From Anaeromyces robustus (lineage: Eukaryota): DNA of 64,000 bases. Under the pieces are notes generated by a model that ran no database searches, was not told the DNA's origin, and saw only the letters and a list, made by a program, of their open reading frames with translations. How positions within the stretch are numbered: the first letter of the stretch is position 1; the number at the start of each line of letters is the position of its first letter. The DNA is taken from positions 1 through 64,000 of the forward strand of contig MCFG01000187.1 of assembly GCA_002104895.1 (NCBI GenBank), written 5' to 3'. The translations under genes were made by a program, and so were the position numbers. This document shows positions 14,362-32,952 of this stretch, in pieces.

Positions 14362-15080
14362 TCTAAAAATGATATTTATTACTAACAATACTTTTAACAT
14401 CTATTTTATTTAGATATTATTTATAATTAATAATTATAATTTATTGAATAATTTATATAAATAATAAATTTGAAATTTAAATTAATTCTTTTTTTTTTTT
14501 TAAATATTTTTTTTTATTTTTATTTTTTTTTAGGTCACATAAAAAAGAAAAGATTTTCTATAAAAAAGAAATAAAATATTATTTGTGTTTAAATTTACTA
14601 ATAAGTATATTAATATTAATAATAAACAGCAAGATATTAATGTTTCATTGTTTTAATAAGAATAATTTATCATAATAATTATTGGAGAATTTATTAATAA
14701 GTAAATTATTTTAATATTCATTGAAAATAACTATTATAAAAAATTAATTTATTATTTTTATATAATTGAAATGATTAAATGATATTAAAACCAAAATACG
14801 AGAAAACTTTATTAAATAATACCATAATAACTAACTGTTATAATAATTTAAAAGTATAAGAAATAATTCAAATAATTAATTTATTTTATAATTGAAATTA
14901 TTGGAAACATTATTAGATAATATAAAGTAATATTAATAATAATATACTTATTTGTTACTATAACAAAAAAGTATAAATATAATAAAATAATAAAAAATAG
15001 TAAAAATATAATAAAAAATAAAAATAATAGAAAAAGAAAAATAATAAGATTAAAAAAAGAGAAGGAAAAAAATATTTATT

Positions 15081-15304
15081 AATAAATAATAAATTTTAAA
15101 TTTTAATATTTTTTAAAAAAAAACAAGAAAAAGAAAAACGTTACAAAAGGAAAAAAGAAATTTAAAGGAAAACAAACAAAAAAAACAAACAAACAAATAT
15201 ATAAATAAATAAATTTTAAATTTTAATATTTTTTTAAAAAAATAAGAAAAAGAAAAACGTTACAAAAAGGAAAAAAGAAATTTAAAGGAAAACAAACAAA
15301 AAAA
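15081..15304. repeat. Tandem duplication, period about 120 bp, just upstream of the DUF4189-like gene
   Basis: aaattttaaattttaatatt...aagaaaaacgttacaaaa(a)ggaaaaaagaaatttaaaggaaaacaaacaaa occurs from 15091 and again from 15211. Confidence 0.9.
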
Positions 15305-15460
15305 TAAATAAATAAATAAATTAAAATAATAAATAAAAACAAACAAACAAACAAGCAAACAAATAATAAAATAAGAAACTAATTATAATAAATATTAAGT
15401 AATAAAATAAGGAAAAAAATTTTTTTTTTGTTGTTGTTATCATATATAAAAATATAAAAA

Positions 15461-17528
<2,068 letters not shown>

Positions 17529-18339
17529 AATTAAATAATTAGAATTAAATATTTTTTTTTTTTTTTTGGTTTTTATTTATTTTATTTTTTCATTTTATTA
17601 TAATTTTAATTTTTAATTTTTACCCATTTTTCATACATATGCATAATTAAATAACTTTTACCATTACATATTTTAATCAATTATACTACTACTACTACTA
17701 CTAATAAATATAAAAAAATTCATAAAATAACAACAATTAATAAAAGTAAAATTAAACAATAAAGTATATAATAATAATAATAATAATAGTCATAAAAAAT
17801 GTAAATAAATTCATATTTCATCCTTTCCTTTTTTTTTTTTTTTATTTTACTTTTTATCATTACAAATTACTTTCCATCATCTTTCATATTTTAAGTTATT
17901 AAATAAGAGCTATATTAGCAAAAATGTAAATATTTATATAAATTCATTAAATAAATAATAATTATTTTATAATTATAATACCATTATTTGTATATATATA
18001 ATATATACCATTATTTATATCTATATATATTTAAATATATATAGAATATTCAACTATTAACTATATTAACTATATTATCTATATCAGTCATTGATTAATT
18101 ATATATTAATATAGTTATTTATGCATTTTTTATAGTTTATTTTTTCAAATCAGCCTCAATTTTATATAAAAGTTTTTTTTTTTTTTATAATTAATCTTTA
18201 TATATTTATTTCTTTATTTAATATATTATATACATATATATATTGTATATTATTATTATAAATAAATATGTATAATGATAGATATAAAGATGTAAAAATA
18301 TAAAAATATCTTATATATTTAATATTTTATTTATGCAAT

Positions 18340-18458
18340 AATAATTATAATAATAATAATACAACAATAATAATAATTATAATAATAATAATAATTATAA
18401 TAATACAATAATAATAATAATAATACAATAATAATAATAATAATAATAATAATATATA

Positions 18459-18534
<76 letters not shown>

Positions 18535-18540
18535 TTAATA
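18340..18540. repeat. Imperfect (AAT)n microsatellite
   Basis: Directly visible. Confidence 0.85.
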
Positions 18541-20932
18541 TAATTTATATTTTGATTTCTTTGATAATAATAAAAATTATTTATACAGAATTTTTTGTGA
18601 TTTTTTTTTATTCTTTTTACTTATTATGTGATTATTAAAAATAGCGAAACAATAATTAATAAAACATAATACATAAAAATATTGAGACTTCAAAATGTTT
18701 TAGATAATATGTTATTAGATAGTTAGATTATTTACTTTTTTTATTTTTTTTTTATCTAATATTTAAAAAATTGAATAAAATTTAAATATATTTTTTATAT
18801 TTGTAAACCATGTAAGATTATCTTCAATATCAATGACAAAATTGATCTATAACATATAGATTAGGAAATGAAATAACTATGTTATGAATAAAAAAGTCTA
18901 TTAGTGTATATGTAATAGATTAAATCAATTTAAAATAATTACAACAAATAATATATATTATATATATATATATGTAAAGGCTTTATTTTAACATACACAA
19001 AATTACTGGTTCGATATAGATGAAAATCAATAATATAATATTAAGTTCTGGTTGATGTAAAGGACTGTGAAACTAACCTAACCCATATAATATCGTATCA
19101 ATTTAATAAGAACATAGTTCCATACATTTTATATTTATTATGTAAATAAAACATTAAAAAATCAAATTATAACAATGTATAGATATATATGTATGATGCT
19201 AAATATATATGAAGTAAATATATATACAATAATCCTAGAGGAATAAATTTATAAAATAACACACTTAATGATGATTTCAAATAATCATATAATTAATTAT
19301 AATTTTTAATATTGTCAAATTGTTATATATAAAATATGAAATGAAAAAGTATTTATCTAAAGTTTTATTCATAATATTATATCAATATATTAATGTAATA
19401 ACCATATTTATAAAAAATTATTTTAACTGTTAAATATAGATAATAATTACAATAATAAATGAAAATATAGTAAAAAAAATAAACATATATTTTTTATAAA
19501 TCTTATATATTACTTTTATTATATATAATGTAATTTTTATTGATTAATTAATATTAATTATTTAATTATTATTTATATTATTATATTAACAAGAACGTTT
19601 AAAATAAAAATTATTCATTTAAAGTTTTAATCCTTAATATTAAACCATTTCAAATGAAAGATATTAATGTAACAACCATTTTTAAGATGGAATAATATAG
19701 AAAGTATATTTAATAAGATACGTTTAAATAATTATAAATAATTGATATTATATAAAAAAAGAGGATTTAAAAAAGTTTAATTTAGCGGCAAAGCTATTTT
19801 TAATAATATTAATGATTTTAATTATTATAATTAAAATCATTAATATTATGAAATAATTAGAGAAAAAAATAATATTTATATAATAAAATTATAATTAAAA
19901 TGTTAAGTTGGTTGTTGGTTATATTAATATTCCAATAATCTTTTAATGATAAATTTAAAGATATATATTTATAAAGTATATGTATTATTAAACTTTTTTT
20001 TCTATTCATTTTGATTAAGTTAGTAATTATATATTTAAAGATTTGGCGGTAATATTTTTTTTTCTTTTTTTTATTAAATATGAAAATTTGACAACTTTAA
20101 TATTATTATCTTTACTAATATATATAATATTATTTTTAAATTGGAAAAAAAAAATTTTTTTACGGTAAAAAAGTTATGCTTATACAGAAAATATATATTT
20201 TTTTTTATTAATTATATATTAAATATCAATTAAAAATATTTTTATTATATTATTAATTAATAATATATAATTATACAAATAATTAAATAAATATAAGATA
20301 TTATATTTTAATATTTTATTTCTTAAATAATAATTATTTATAATTATTTTTTATTTATTTAAATATTATTTATTTAATAATTATTAATAAATTTTTTATT
20401 AAATTTTTTATGAAATATAACCAATAATAATAATAACGAAAATAAATGAATATACAATTTATAATATATTATTATTTATTAATAGTAAAGTATAATAGTA
20501 TTAATAAATAAATAATTATAACAATAATAATAAAAAAATTAAAAAAAAAAAAAAAAAAGACATTAATAAAATAATATCAGTATAGAAAATTAAAAAAATA
20601 TTATAAAAAAATAAAATATTAAATAAATAATATAATAATTAATATTATATAAACTATTATATTTTTTTAATATTAATAATAATAATTCATCAAATAACAG
20701 GTAAATAATAGATAGTATTATTAAAATAATAATATATTAATATTAATATTTTTACTAATGCTAATAATAATCAAATAAATCGTAATACCAATAGTAATAA
20801 TAATAATATTATTATTAATAAAGTCATTTATTATTACTATTTATTATTGTAATTATTATTATAATAAATAATAATATCAAAATTGTTTTAATGAATAGAA
20901 AAAAAAAATAAATTGCTAATAGATAGATATAA

Positions 20933-21990
<1,058 letters not shown>

Positions 21991-24438
21991 CATAATAATA
22001 ATATATTTAATAATTATAGTAAAAATAATATTTAATAATTATAATAATGATTATATTGATAAATAAAGTAATAATAATTATTATTATAATTAATTTTATT
22101 AAAATATAGATAATGTTAAAAATTATTGTATACTATAATAAAAATAAAATTTATAACCTTAATAAATAATAAATAAATTACAATTACAATGTAATATTAT
22201 TATTAGAATGTATTATATTTTAAAAAATAATAAAATGTATTAAGAAATAATATTTAAATTTTATTTTTTATATTTTATTGATTTTTTATTTAATATAAAC
22301 ATTTAACTTATATTCATTTAACGTAGACCAATATTTTATTTAATAATTTTATTTAATATTTATTTAAAAAAAGACTATATTATATTAATATAATATATAT
22401 AATAAAAAGAGAGAAGAATTATCTATAGAAAATTACAAACTATTAATTTTTTTATTATTTAAATTTTCTTTATTTTATTTCATGTTTTTACAATTATAAA
22501 ATATGTAATTTGATACAATTATAAAAAATTACATATTTATTATATTAAATTATATAAAATAAAAAATTACATATTTATTACATTTAAGCTATATAAAATG
22601 AAAAAAATTACATATTTATTACATAATTTTTTGATATATCAATTGCTTCATTATTATAACATAACTAAAATTATTATGATATTAAATAATAAAACATATG
22701 TATTAAAGTTTTTAAGTTTTAACAAACATGATTATATTTTCCGTATAATTTCATTTAAACATTAAAGAAAAAAAGATTGTACTAGTACGCAAATAAAATA
22801 GAAAATTATTAAAATAAAATTAAAAAAATGGAAAATAAATATAAAATAAAACAAAATAATATAATATTAATTAAAAAATATAAAAATAGCTAAGTTATAT
22901 TATAACAAAGTAAATAATACAATAAGTTCTAAAACTTTAATTATATTTATAATATAATTCATCATTATATAAATATTTAATTTATTTTTTATTGTACATA
23001 AAACCATATCATTATATAAAAAACTTTTTACAAAAAATGTTATTACATAAAATACATATAAATAACAATAACTATGATAAATTTATCATTAGAAAATAAG
23101 CTGATTTTAATATATGATTAAATAATAATACAAGTTTATTTAATATGTTTTAATATTTAAACATTCATCATATGATAAAATTATTAAGGCTATTTCATTA
23201 GAAATTAATATAAAACATAAAATATAAATTAAATGTTTTATAATTAATAGTGAAAAAACAAAGTATTAAAATTATATAATATATAATAAAAAAAAAAAAA
23301 GAAATATATGTATATTTACATATGATAATCTAAAAAAAAAAAATTAAAAAAAAAATATGTATATTTACATATGATGATCTAATAAAAATGAAAATATAAT
23401 TTTTCAATATTAATTATGAAAAAAATTCTCTAATAATTATATAATAATTATTTGATTATAGATTATTAATTTATTATTCTGTTTTTGATATATATATTTT
23501 ATTTATATATTTAAAATAATTAACCCTATTAAGTATATATAAATAATAAATAAGGAAAAATTTTTTTCACTTATAACAATTTTATTTTCCGTTATAATAA
23601 TACTATAATGTATATAAATTGAATAAAATGAAATATTTTAATAAAATATTATAAATAAAGTTTTTATTTCATAAAAATAATATTTATAATAAATAATCAA
23701 TTTTTTTCGTTTATAAAAGAAATAGTTATTTATTCCTTTTTTTAGAATATAAATATTATAAAAATAATACTATTTTTTTATAAAAGAAATGAAATATATG
23801 CAATTTTTAATATTTTTAACCCTTAACAGTTTATTCTTATTAAGTTTTTACATTATATATGTTCCCTTTTTAATATTTCATGTTTCAGATTTCAGATACA
23901 ATTTTGATAATATAGTCAATGTTATATTTTATCAAGGTGTTTTAAAATATATATAAATATTCATAACTTAATTACCAATTTTTTATTTTTTTTTAATTTA
24001 GTTAATATATTGATAGGATTTAATTAATTTTTATTTTCATTGTTTTTAAAAATAGTTTTTTCTTAATAATTTTCATTAAATCTTTTTTTTTTTATTATAT
24101 AATTTTTTTTTTTATTTTTTAAAGTTTAAAGTTGAAATAAATTTATAATAAATTTAATTTAATAGTTTTTATTTTATATTATGTTTAACATATAATTTAT
24201 AATTTACATAAATGTAACATGTTACATTAAAAAAATAAAGAAAAAAAACAAAACAAAAAATAAAAACAAAACAAAATTGAAATTAATTAATTAATAAATA
24301 ATATATTTTAAACTTTTTTATATAAATAAATAATATAATATATTAATAATATATTAATAATATATAATAATTAATATAATTATATAAAGAAAAATAATAT
24401 GAGATATATTTAGAAGATCTATTTTTTGAATTAATACT

Positions 24439-24630
<192 letters not shown>

Positions 24631-27600
24631 AATTAATTAATTAAAAAAAAAAGATTATTGTTTATTTATTTTTTATGGAATATTCTTTAAAGAATTTATA
24701 TTATATCTATTAAATATGATACAAAATAATATTACTGGTTTCCATGTTTTATATTTATTTTTTATATTAAAAATGGTATTTAGATATTCATAATTATTAT
24801 TAAAAAAAAAAAAAAAACTTTAAAAAATATTCTGGAATTATCTAAATACAAGTATAAATTTTTTATTAATTATTGATGAACACACTTTAATAATATTTGA
24901 TAAAATGATGAAAGTAAAAATTTCAATATTTAATAATTTTATTATTTAAAATAATATTAGTAATAAATCAAATATGATATGAAACGAAAATTGATGATAT
25001 TACTGGTTTTATGAAATTTATTGAAATCATATTTATGTTTTTTTTTTATATTAAAGATATTATTTAAATTTTATAGAAAATCTATATTATACATGTATAT
25101 ATGATTTCATCAAAACTTTTTTTTTAATTAATTTAGATAAGAATGTCTTATTAATTGATGAATCAATAAGCTTTATTACAGTATATGTAATAAGGCTTAT
25201 TTAATGGTTGATTTAATATTTTCTGTATTGCATATATATATAATTTATTTTGCTAATTTTTAATTAATATAAAGTATTTAATTATCTTATATATTTCGCA
25301 TAATTTTATTTTTTAAAAATAAATAATCTAAACCAAGATAATTATAACTAATAAAGTGGATAATATTATAATATTTAGGATAAAAGTAAGTAAATATTAA
25401 TGATTATTATAAAATATTTACCCTTTTTTCTTTTCTTTTGATTTTTTTATTAATATATGAAACAATTTTATTTAATAATTATTATTCAATTAAAGGGAAA
25501 AATTAAAAAAAAAAGAAAAATAAAGAATAATCCATTTTAAAAAGTTTTTTTGTTATTATCAATAAAAATACTCCGAGTAGTAATAAATTAATTTTATTAT
25601 TTTTAAATATTTACTTCCCAAAATATATTAATTATTTTTATTAAATATACTATATTATTTTTTAATAAAAGTGAAACTGTTATATAAATAATAATAAGGT
25701 AAGTTTTGAATGAAATAAGTTTTGTTTAATAAAGAAATAGAAATTTAATAATAAAAAAAAATTCCTTTTTTAAAATTAGCACAGTCACAATAATATAAAA
25801 AACAACAATTGACCCTTACAATTTAAAAGTTATATTAAACCTTTAATGAAAATAATATTTACAATTTAATTTATAAAAAAAAAAAAAATAAAGATTAATT
25901 ATTTTTAAAGTAGAATCATAGAATTCTCTAATGTTTAATATGTAACATTAAAAAATAAGCACAAAAAGTTTATTTAAATTGTTTTTGCTTTTATGTTTTA
26001 TTTTTATTTTAAATTTTTGTGATCCTAAATGTTTCACATAAAATTGCATTTTATTGTATTCGGACTTTTTTTTATTATAAAAATAATTAAATTTAAAATA
26101 ATTAATTTAATAAACAATTTTTCTCATAAATTTTATTATAATATCTTTTTTATAATAATTAAAATTTTTTTTATTTCAAAACATAATAATAAAATGATAT
26201 ATAATAAAAAATGTTCAAGATTTAATTTAAATTTTATTTACTTTTTAGTTTTATCTAATAATTTTATTAATTATTAAAAATCATAAACTTTAATTATTAT
26301 TATAGTTTAATTTTTCCATTATAATCTTAATTAATATTTAATTTTTTATTTAAATTAATTTATGTATTTTTTTACCGTTGAATATTTAATGAAAATTTCC
26401 TTATATGTAAAAATTTATACATTAATTATCCATTAATATTATAAAATAAAGTTAAAAAATATTTTAATTAAATTTTTAATAACTTTATTATAGTCCGTTA
26501 TTAAATAGGCTGAGTTGGTTTAATTATTAATAAACTTTTTTTTACTTTTTATGGTAAAATTAATTAATACTATTAAAGGAAAGAAATTTTATATATGATA
26601 ATAAACCGACCGCACTATTTTTTTAATAGTATTAAAATTTAATTAAATTATTTAATTTTGTCAAATAAGAAACTTTTTATACTATATACTATATATTGAA
26701 AAATATTTTTATTTATATTAAATATATATTAATAACTTTTTATATATTTGAATTGGGTTATTAAATAGTTATTAAATATACTATGTAAAAAAAATATTAA
26801 TTAAAACATAAACAAAAAAAAAAAAAAAAAAAAAAAAGGATTATAATTCTATTTTCAACAAGTATTGTATATAAATCATATAAAAAAAGTAGATTAAAGT
26901 TTAAAAATAATTAAATAAATCTTTGATTTAATGATATTTTAATCATAATTTTTATTATTTATAATTACTTTTAATTTGTTATATTAATTACTTTAAAATA
27001 TTTTTTTTTTTTTTTAAAAAAAAGATTTAATTTATTTATTATATTAACAAGTAATTAATAAATTTAATTGTGCCTTTTTTTTTTCTATTATTAATTATTT
27101 ATTTATTCATAATTTTAATATTAATATTTTTAACTTTATTTAAAATAAGTGTAGATATGTGTGAGAATTACATTAAGATTTTGTGTTATGAATTAAAAAT
27201 ATGTAAAATATTTTAATGTAGTGTAATGAAATACAATTAAATACTTTTTTCATATTTTAAAATCTATTTTGTTAAGTATGCTTCATATACAAGAGAAGGA
27301 AGAATACATAAAAACACAAAGAAATAAAATATGAAATTTAGTAATTCTTATTAATTAAAGAGATCTCAGATAATAAGTACAAAATTAAAATTTAATAATT
27401 ATTTGAAATTTTTGCCATATATAATAAAAAATATTTATAATTCAATTAATTAAAGTAATAAACTATATATTATATATTTACGTTTAAAAAATAAAACCTA
27501 AAATGTTTGTTGTTTTTTAGTTTTTTTTTTTATAATTCTAATAACTCAGAGTAATAATAGTTATAATTATTATTATTATTGTTATTATTATTATAGATTT

Positions 27601-28603
27601 ATTTTATAACACATATTTTATGTGATCATGAGATAAAAATTATATTTTAATGTAAATATTTATTAGTTTTTTTTTTTTTTTTTTATTTTGTTTAATTAAA
27701 GAAAAAATAAAATTAAAAAAGGAGTAATATAATAAAATGAAATAATTAAAAATATTATAAGTTTATATTATATTTTTATAAATATATAATATAAAATATA
27801 TAAAGTAAAAATATATAATAATTAATGTCAAATGATTTTTTTTCCATAAAATAAATATATATATATATTTATTTTTATTATATATATTTAATATATATAA
27901 TAAAAATAAAAAGTACTACATATATATATAATAACAGTCAAAAAAGAGTTTTACTTATATAATTACTTTATTTTTTTTCCAATTTCTACATATATTTATT
28001 TAAGACATCATATATAAAAAGATCAAGAATTATAATTATTATGAATTATTAGATAATGATAATAAAAAAATAATAATGTAATTATCTAATTTTACGTCTA
28101 TCAAAAATTATATATTTAAATAATAGAATGTTTACAAATAATATGTATTATTATTATTATTATTATATAGAGTTTTTTTTAATTGTATTGTTTAGAATAT
28201 ATGTTTATTAATTTTATATTATAATAATTTTTTTTTAATTTTTTTATTTATTTAATAATTATTAAATATTTATTTATATTTATTCATTTATTTATGAATG
28301 GTATAATTTTTTTTATTTTATTATTTCTTAATTATTTAATTATTAAATAATCAAATAATAATTATAGAATAATTTAGATAAAGAAATGGAATAATATAAT
28401 TATTTATTATTATAAATATAATAATTAATAATATTAATTAGAATAATATTTTAATATTTAGAATAATATTAATTCTTTTAAAAATTTTTTTCTTTTTTTT
28501 GAATGAGTGATATTCTAAAGAAATCTCTTGTACTAAAAAGGAAATAATTATATATCAATATGATTTTCATCAATTATCAATATGATTTATTTTTAAACTA
28601 ATC

Positions 28604-28640
<37 letters not shown>

Positions 28641-28730
28641 TAACATTTTCGTATAAAAATTTTTGTTTATAATAATGATTCATGTATTTTAATATTTAAA
28701 TTCAATAAAGTTGACGTACAAATTGTGTGC

Positions 28731-28772
<42 letters not shown>

Positions 28773-31308
28773 ATAATAAAATGTTAAGAATTTCCATAAT
28801 AAAATTTATTTAATAATTTAAATAGTGTTATATATTACATTATATTACAATATATGATATATAAAATAAATCATATATTTGAATGTATTATTTTTATTAT
28901 ATAATTTAGTAGATTATAAAATAAAAAACAATCCACTATAAAACAACTAAGTGTGTTAATTATTTATTAAACTTTTTATTATATTTTTATTATTTAAAGA
29001 TATATGATATATTTACATAAAACTGTCATAATTATATAAAACTGTCATTTTTTAATTACATAATATTTCAAAATATATTATTATTATACAATAATATATT
29101 AATATCAATATATATAATAAATTATAATCAAGAAATTTTAAGCGTTCTATTTAAAGTAATTTTAATAATTTCATTAATATAATTACTATTTAATAATTAA
29201 TGGAAAATTGTAGACAATAAATTTATCTAATTATGTTATATAATATATTATAATATATTATAATATATTAAGTATATCATATATCTATTTATATTAAATT
29301 ATATAAATATTTTATTTTGATTATAATATTTTTTCAATTAATCTATATAATTAAATTATAATATATAATAAAACAAATTTTTAATATATAAATATATATT
29401 ATAATATATAGTTAATAAATTGATAATATATAATAATATAATATATATAAATATTTTTTAAAATATTAACATGTTCTTTTTATTTTGTTGCACATAGTTA
29501 GCTGTTAATTGAAATTATCCTAATTATATGAATTTAAATTTAAATTGAAAATATATTTTAAATAAAAATAATTATATGTAGCATATATTATAAATATACT
29601 TTAATATATTGTAATATATTAAAAACAAAAATTACAATTAATATTTAAAATTTTTTGCTTAAAGAACATTTAGAATATTTTTTATTATGTAAATAATAAT
29701 ATATTGTAATATATACTAAATATATATTGTTTGATATAAATCTAATAAAATTTTTAATATTAATTATCTATCCTTATAAATTATTATATGAAATATAAAT
29801 TTAATATTTTTTTAATTATAATTTTATAATCATATTATATTTCAAATTATAATAAAAATAGTTTTAAACAATATTAATATATAAATATTAATTTCAATTT
29901 ATTTTAACAAAAATCTCAAGGATTATTGATATTAATAATATATATAATATTTAATACTGTATATTAGATTGTAAATAAAATAATATTTAAGATTCAAATG
30001 TTATTTATTATGAAATTTAAATAAATGTATAAATAATTAATAATTAAATATTTTATACTATCATTAAATAGATAATTGAATATATACATTAATAAATTAA
30101 TAAAAAAATTATATAATTTATTAATAATTATATTTAAAAAAAAAATGAACCGTATTTTTTTATTATTATTATTTTTTTCAAATGAATAAAAGAAAGAAAA
30201 AAGAACTAAAAAAATTTTTTTTTTATTTTTTTTTTTTAAGCGTATTTTTTTTATAATAGTTATAAATTATAATTATTTTTTATTTTCATTAATTTAATTT
30301 TTTTTTTTTTGTTGTTTTTTTTTTTTTAATTAAACATTTCCTTTTTTTTCTTAAATATTTTTTTAACTAATAAATATTTATTTTCGTGATATTTTTTAAT
30401 TAATAAGTTCAACATACCTTTATTTATTCTTAATTTATTTGAAAATAAATTTTGATAATGAAAAGATTATAACATTTCATATTTATTTATACTTCATAGA
30501 ACTAAAACAACGAATATTAAATAAATTTATATATCCATAAATTCAACAAAAAGTAATATAATTTAATATAAAAAACATTTATTTTTTTTTTTAAAAAAAA
30601 AAAAAACAACAACTAAAAAAACAAAGCGAACTTAAAAAAAAAAAAAAATCTTTATTATAGTAAAGTAAGAATAAAATATATACTTATTAATATAAATTTA
30701 AAATTGATTGAATATAATTAAAAAGAAATACAAGCAATAAAAATATATTTTTTAATTATTATTTTATGTTATATTATATGTTTAATATAATATAAAATAA
30801 TTCTTTTTATTGATATATATTATAATAAAAGAATATATTAAAGATTAAATAATAAAAGACATTTATTAATTTTTTTTATAATATTTTATTAGGTTTTTAT
30901 AAAACATAAAAATAGTTCAAAACCATATAAAGAATTAATTTGAAGTATACAAATTAACTTAAAAATTTCATTCAAATTCAAACAATGCTTTTAAAGTTTT
31001 CATTTATTATTGACAGCCTTTTAATATAATATTTTTAAAGTGATTTTGTTAACAAGTTTATTTTATTCAATTTTTTTTTTTTTGAAATAATTACAACACC
31101 ATTTTAAAATTAAAGTTTAATATATAAAAAGAAATAAAATATTTGTAAATATAATTATTATTTTATTCTTTTTAGCAGTAAAAAATATATTTTCAGAATT
31201 TATTAAAAAAAAGATTATAATAATAATTTTAAAGGAAAAAAACTATTAAAATTTAGAAGAGCAAGAAAAAGAAGACAAATTTTTTTTTATTAATATATTT
31301 AAACCAAA

Positions 31309-32952
31309 ATGAAAAGTTCATTAAAAACCAAAATTTCTCACCTTTTTAAAGGAAAATCAAATAAATTAGAAAAATTTCCAACTTATGATACTTCGTCATC
31401 AAGAGTTTTAGACAATCAGTCTACTCCAAGAAGTATAGAAACTGAAAAATTAGGAAGAGAAAAAGTTCATGGAAATAAGAAAAGTCACAAAAAACCTAAG
31501 ACTAATTTAAATTTAATTGATACTAAGGTTAAAAAATATCATGAATTTCCTGTTTTACCTTCACCAATTCATGATCCTAATGAATCTGCTAAATTAACAG
31601 CTCAAGAATTTGCTAAAGCTGTAGGTATTAAAATTTTACACAGAACAGATGAAGAAGAAGATGAAGAGTGCGATTGTGAATATTGTAGATCAGCTCGTTT
31701 TAATAGTACTAATCTTAATACAGTTAGTACTATTGATCCAAGTTTATTAGATGAAGCTTCTACTCCAACTCAACAGATTCCAAATGTTTCTTTAAATCAA
31801 CTTTCAGTTAATGCTTCTATTTCATCTACTACCAATTCAAATGCATCTACTATTAATGATAACCAAAATATTAATATTCCACCATTCCCAGCCTTTAATA
31901 TGAGTTTTAGTAACGATAGATTAAATAAATGTTCTAGTAACACTTCTGTAAGTACCAATTCTAATCACTCTATTATAAATAGCAAGACAATTGGTACTCC
32001 AGGTTATCACTGTCATCGCAATAACAGAAAGAATTCTATTTCAAAAGTTATTGATATGTCATTATTTATTCCACCAACAGAAGAAGAAATGAAGAGTAGA
32101 GTTCATAGTTCTTCCTTATCCATCAATTCTACTCCAGAAGTAAATAATATTCAACCATGTGCTTCAACTGAAAAACTTATGGGTGGTAGTTTAGATAGAC
32201 ACAAAAATGTTGGTTGTAAGAAGAATTATTATGGTATTGGTGTTGCTTCTTCAATGTCTACTCGTGAAAGATCAATTAGTACAAGTATTGCTAGTTCCAG
32301 TAGAAATAATATGAGAATGATGAACAATGAATATAGAACTTCTCCAATATTAAAAGAATCCAGTATTGGTCATTCTTCTCGTATTCAATTTAAACAACAA
32401 CCATTCCATCGTTGTGATTCTGGAACTGAACTTTCAAATGGAAATACTAGTACCGGTATTAATACAAATATTAGTAATAATGGTAATGCTAATATTAATC
32501 CTTCTTCTCCAAATAAAAGACCATATCCACCTTCTCTTGCTTCTTCTTCCTCTTCAACTACCCTTTCTTCAGCACTTTCTTTAACTCATATTTCACAGCC
32601 AAATCTTAATCAGGCTCCATCTTGTTCCTCAAGATCTTCCATATCTAAAAAACCAATCTCTCATAATAATTCTTTACAATCTGTTAAGTATTCTCCAAAA
32701 CCAAGTAAAGCTTCAACACCGGCCTGTAATATGTCCCCTGCATCATCAAACTCATCCATTACTCCAATAAAACCACATAACAGTTTTAAAATTACAAGAT
32801 CTGTTACTATATCTGAAGGTACTCGTCGTGCTGAAATTGATCTTCAACCAATACAACAAGATGAAATTAAAGTATATACTAAAGGTCGTTTTACTATTAC
32901 TCATGAATATTCTAGACGTCCATCTGTTAATTCAAATCATTCTAATAACTAA
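31309..32952 (+). CDS. Intronless Ser/Asn-rich, largely disordered 547-aa protein of unknown function with a C-terminal GRFTI motif
   Basis: A long uninterrupted ORF with higher GC than its flanks. Short ordered-looking islands LTAQEFAKAVGIKIL, CDCEYC, KVIDMSLFIPP and KVYTKGRFTITHE sit in low-complexity S/N/P sequence. Confidence 0.88.
   Translation: MKSSLKTKISHLFKGKSNKLEKFPTYDTSSSRVLDNQSTPRSIETEKLGREKVHGNKKSHKKPKTNLNLIDTKVKKYHEFPVLPSPIHDPNESAKLTAQEFAKAVGIKILHRTDEEEDEECDCEYCRSARFNSTNLNTVSTIDPSLLDEASTPTQQIPNVSLNQLSVNASISSTTNSNASTINDNQNINIPPFPAFNMSFSNDRLNKCSSNTSVSTNSNHSIINSKTIGTPGYHCHRNNRKNSISKVIDMSLFIPPTEEEMKSRVHSSSLSINSTPEVNNIQPCASTEKLMGGSLDRHKNVGCKKNYYGIGVASSMSTRERSISTSIASSSRNNMRMMNNEYRTSPILKESSIGHSSRIQFKQQPFHRCDSGTELSNGNTSTGINTNISNNGNANINPSSPNKRPYPPSLASSSSSTTLSSALSLTHISQPNLNQAPSCSSRSSISKKPISHNNSLQSVKYSPKPSKASTPACNMSPASSNSSITPIKPHNSFKITRSVTISEGTRRAEIDLQPIQQDEIKVYTKGRFTITHEYSRRPSVNSNHSNN

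Noticed and set aside
19072..19084. CTAACCTAACCC telomere-like repeat
   Set aside because: Only about two units, so it is not an array.
20042..20049. TTTGGCGG E2F-like site
   Set aside because: It is a single short word with no nearby gene start.
22520..22625. Three spaced copies of aaaaaattacatatttatta(c/t)a as a CRISPR-like array
   Set aside because: The context is eukaryotic, the spacers resemble each other, and there are no cas genes. It is an ordinary minisatellite.
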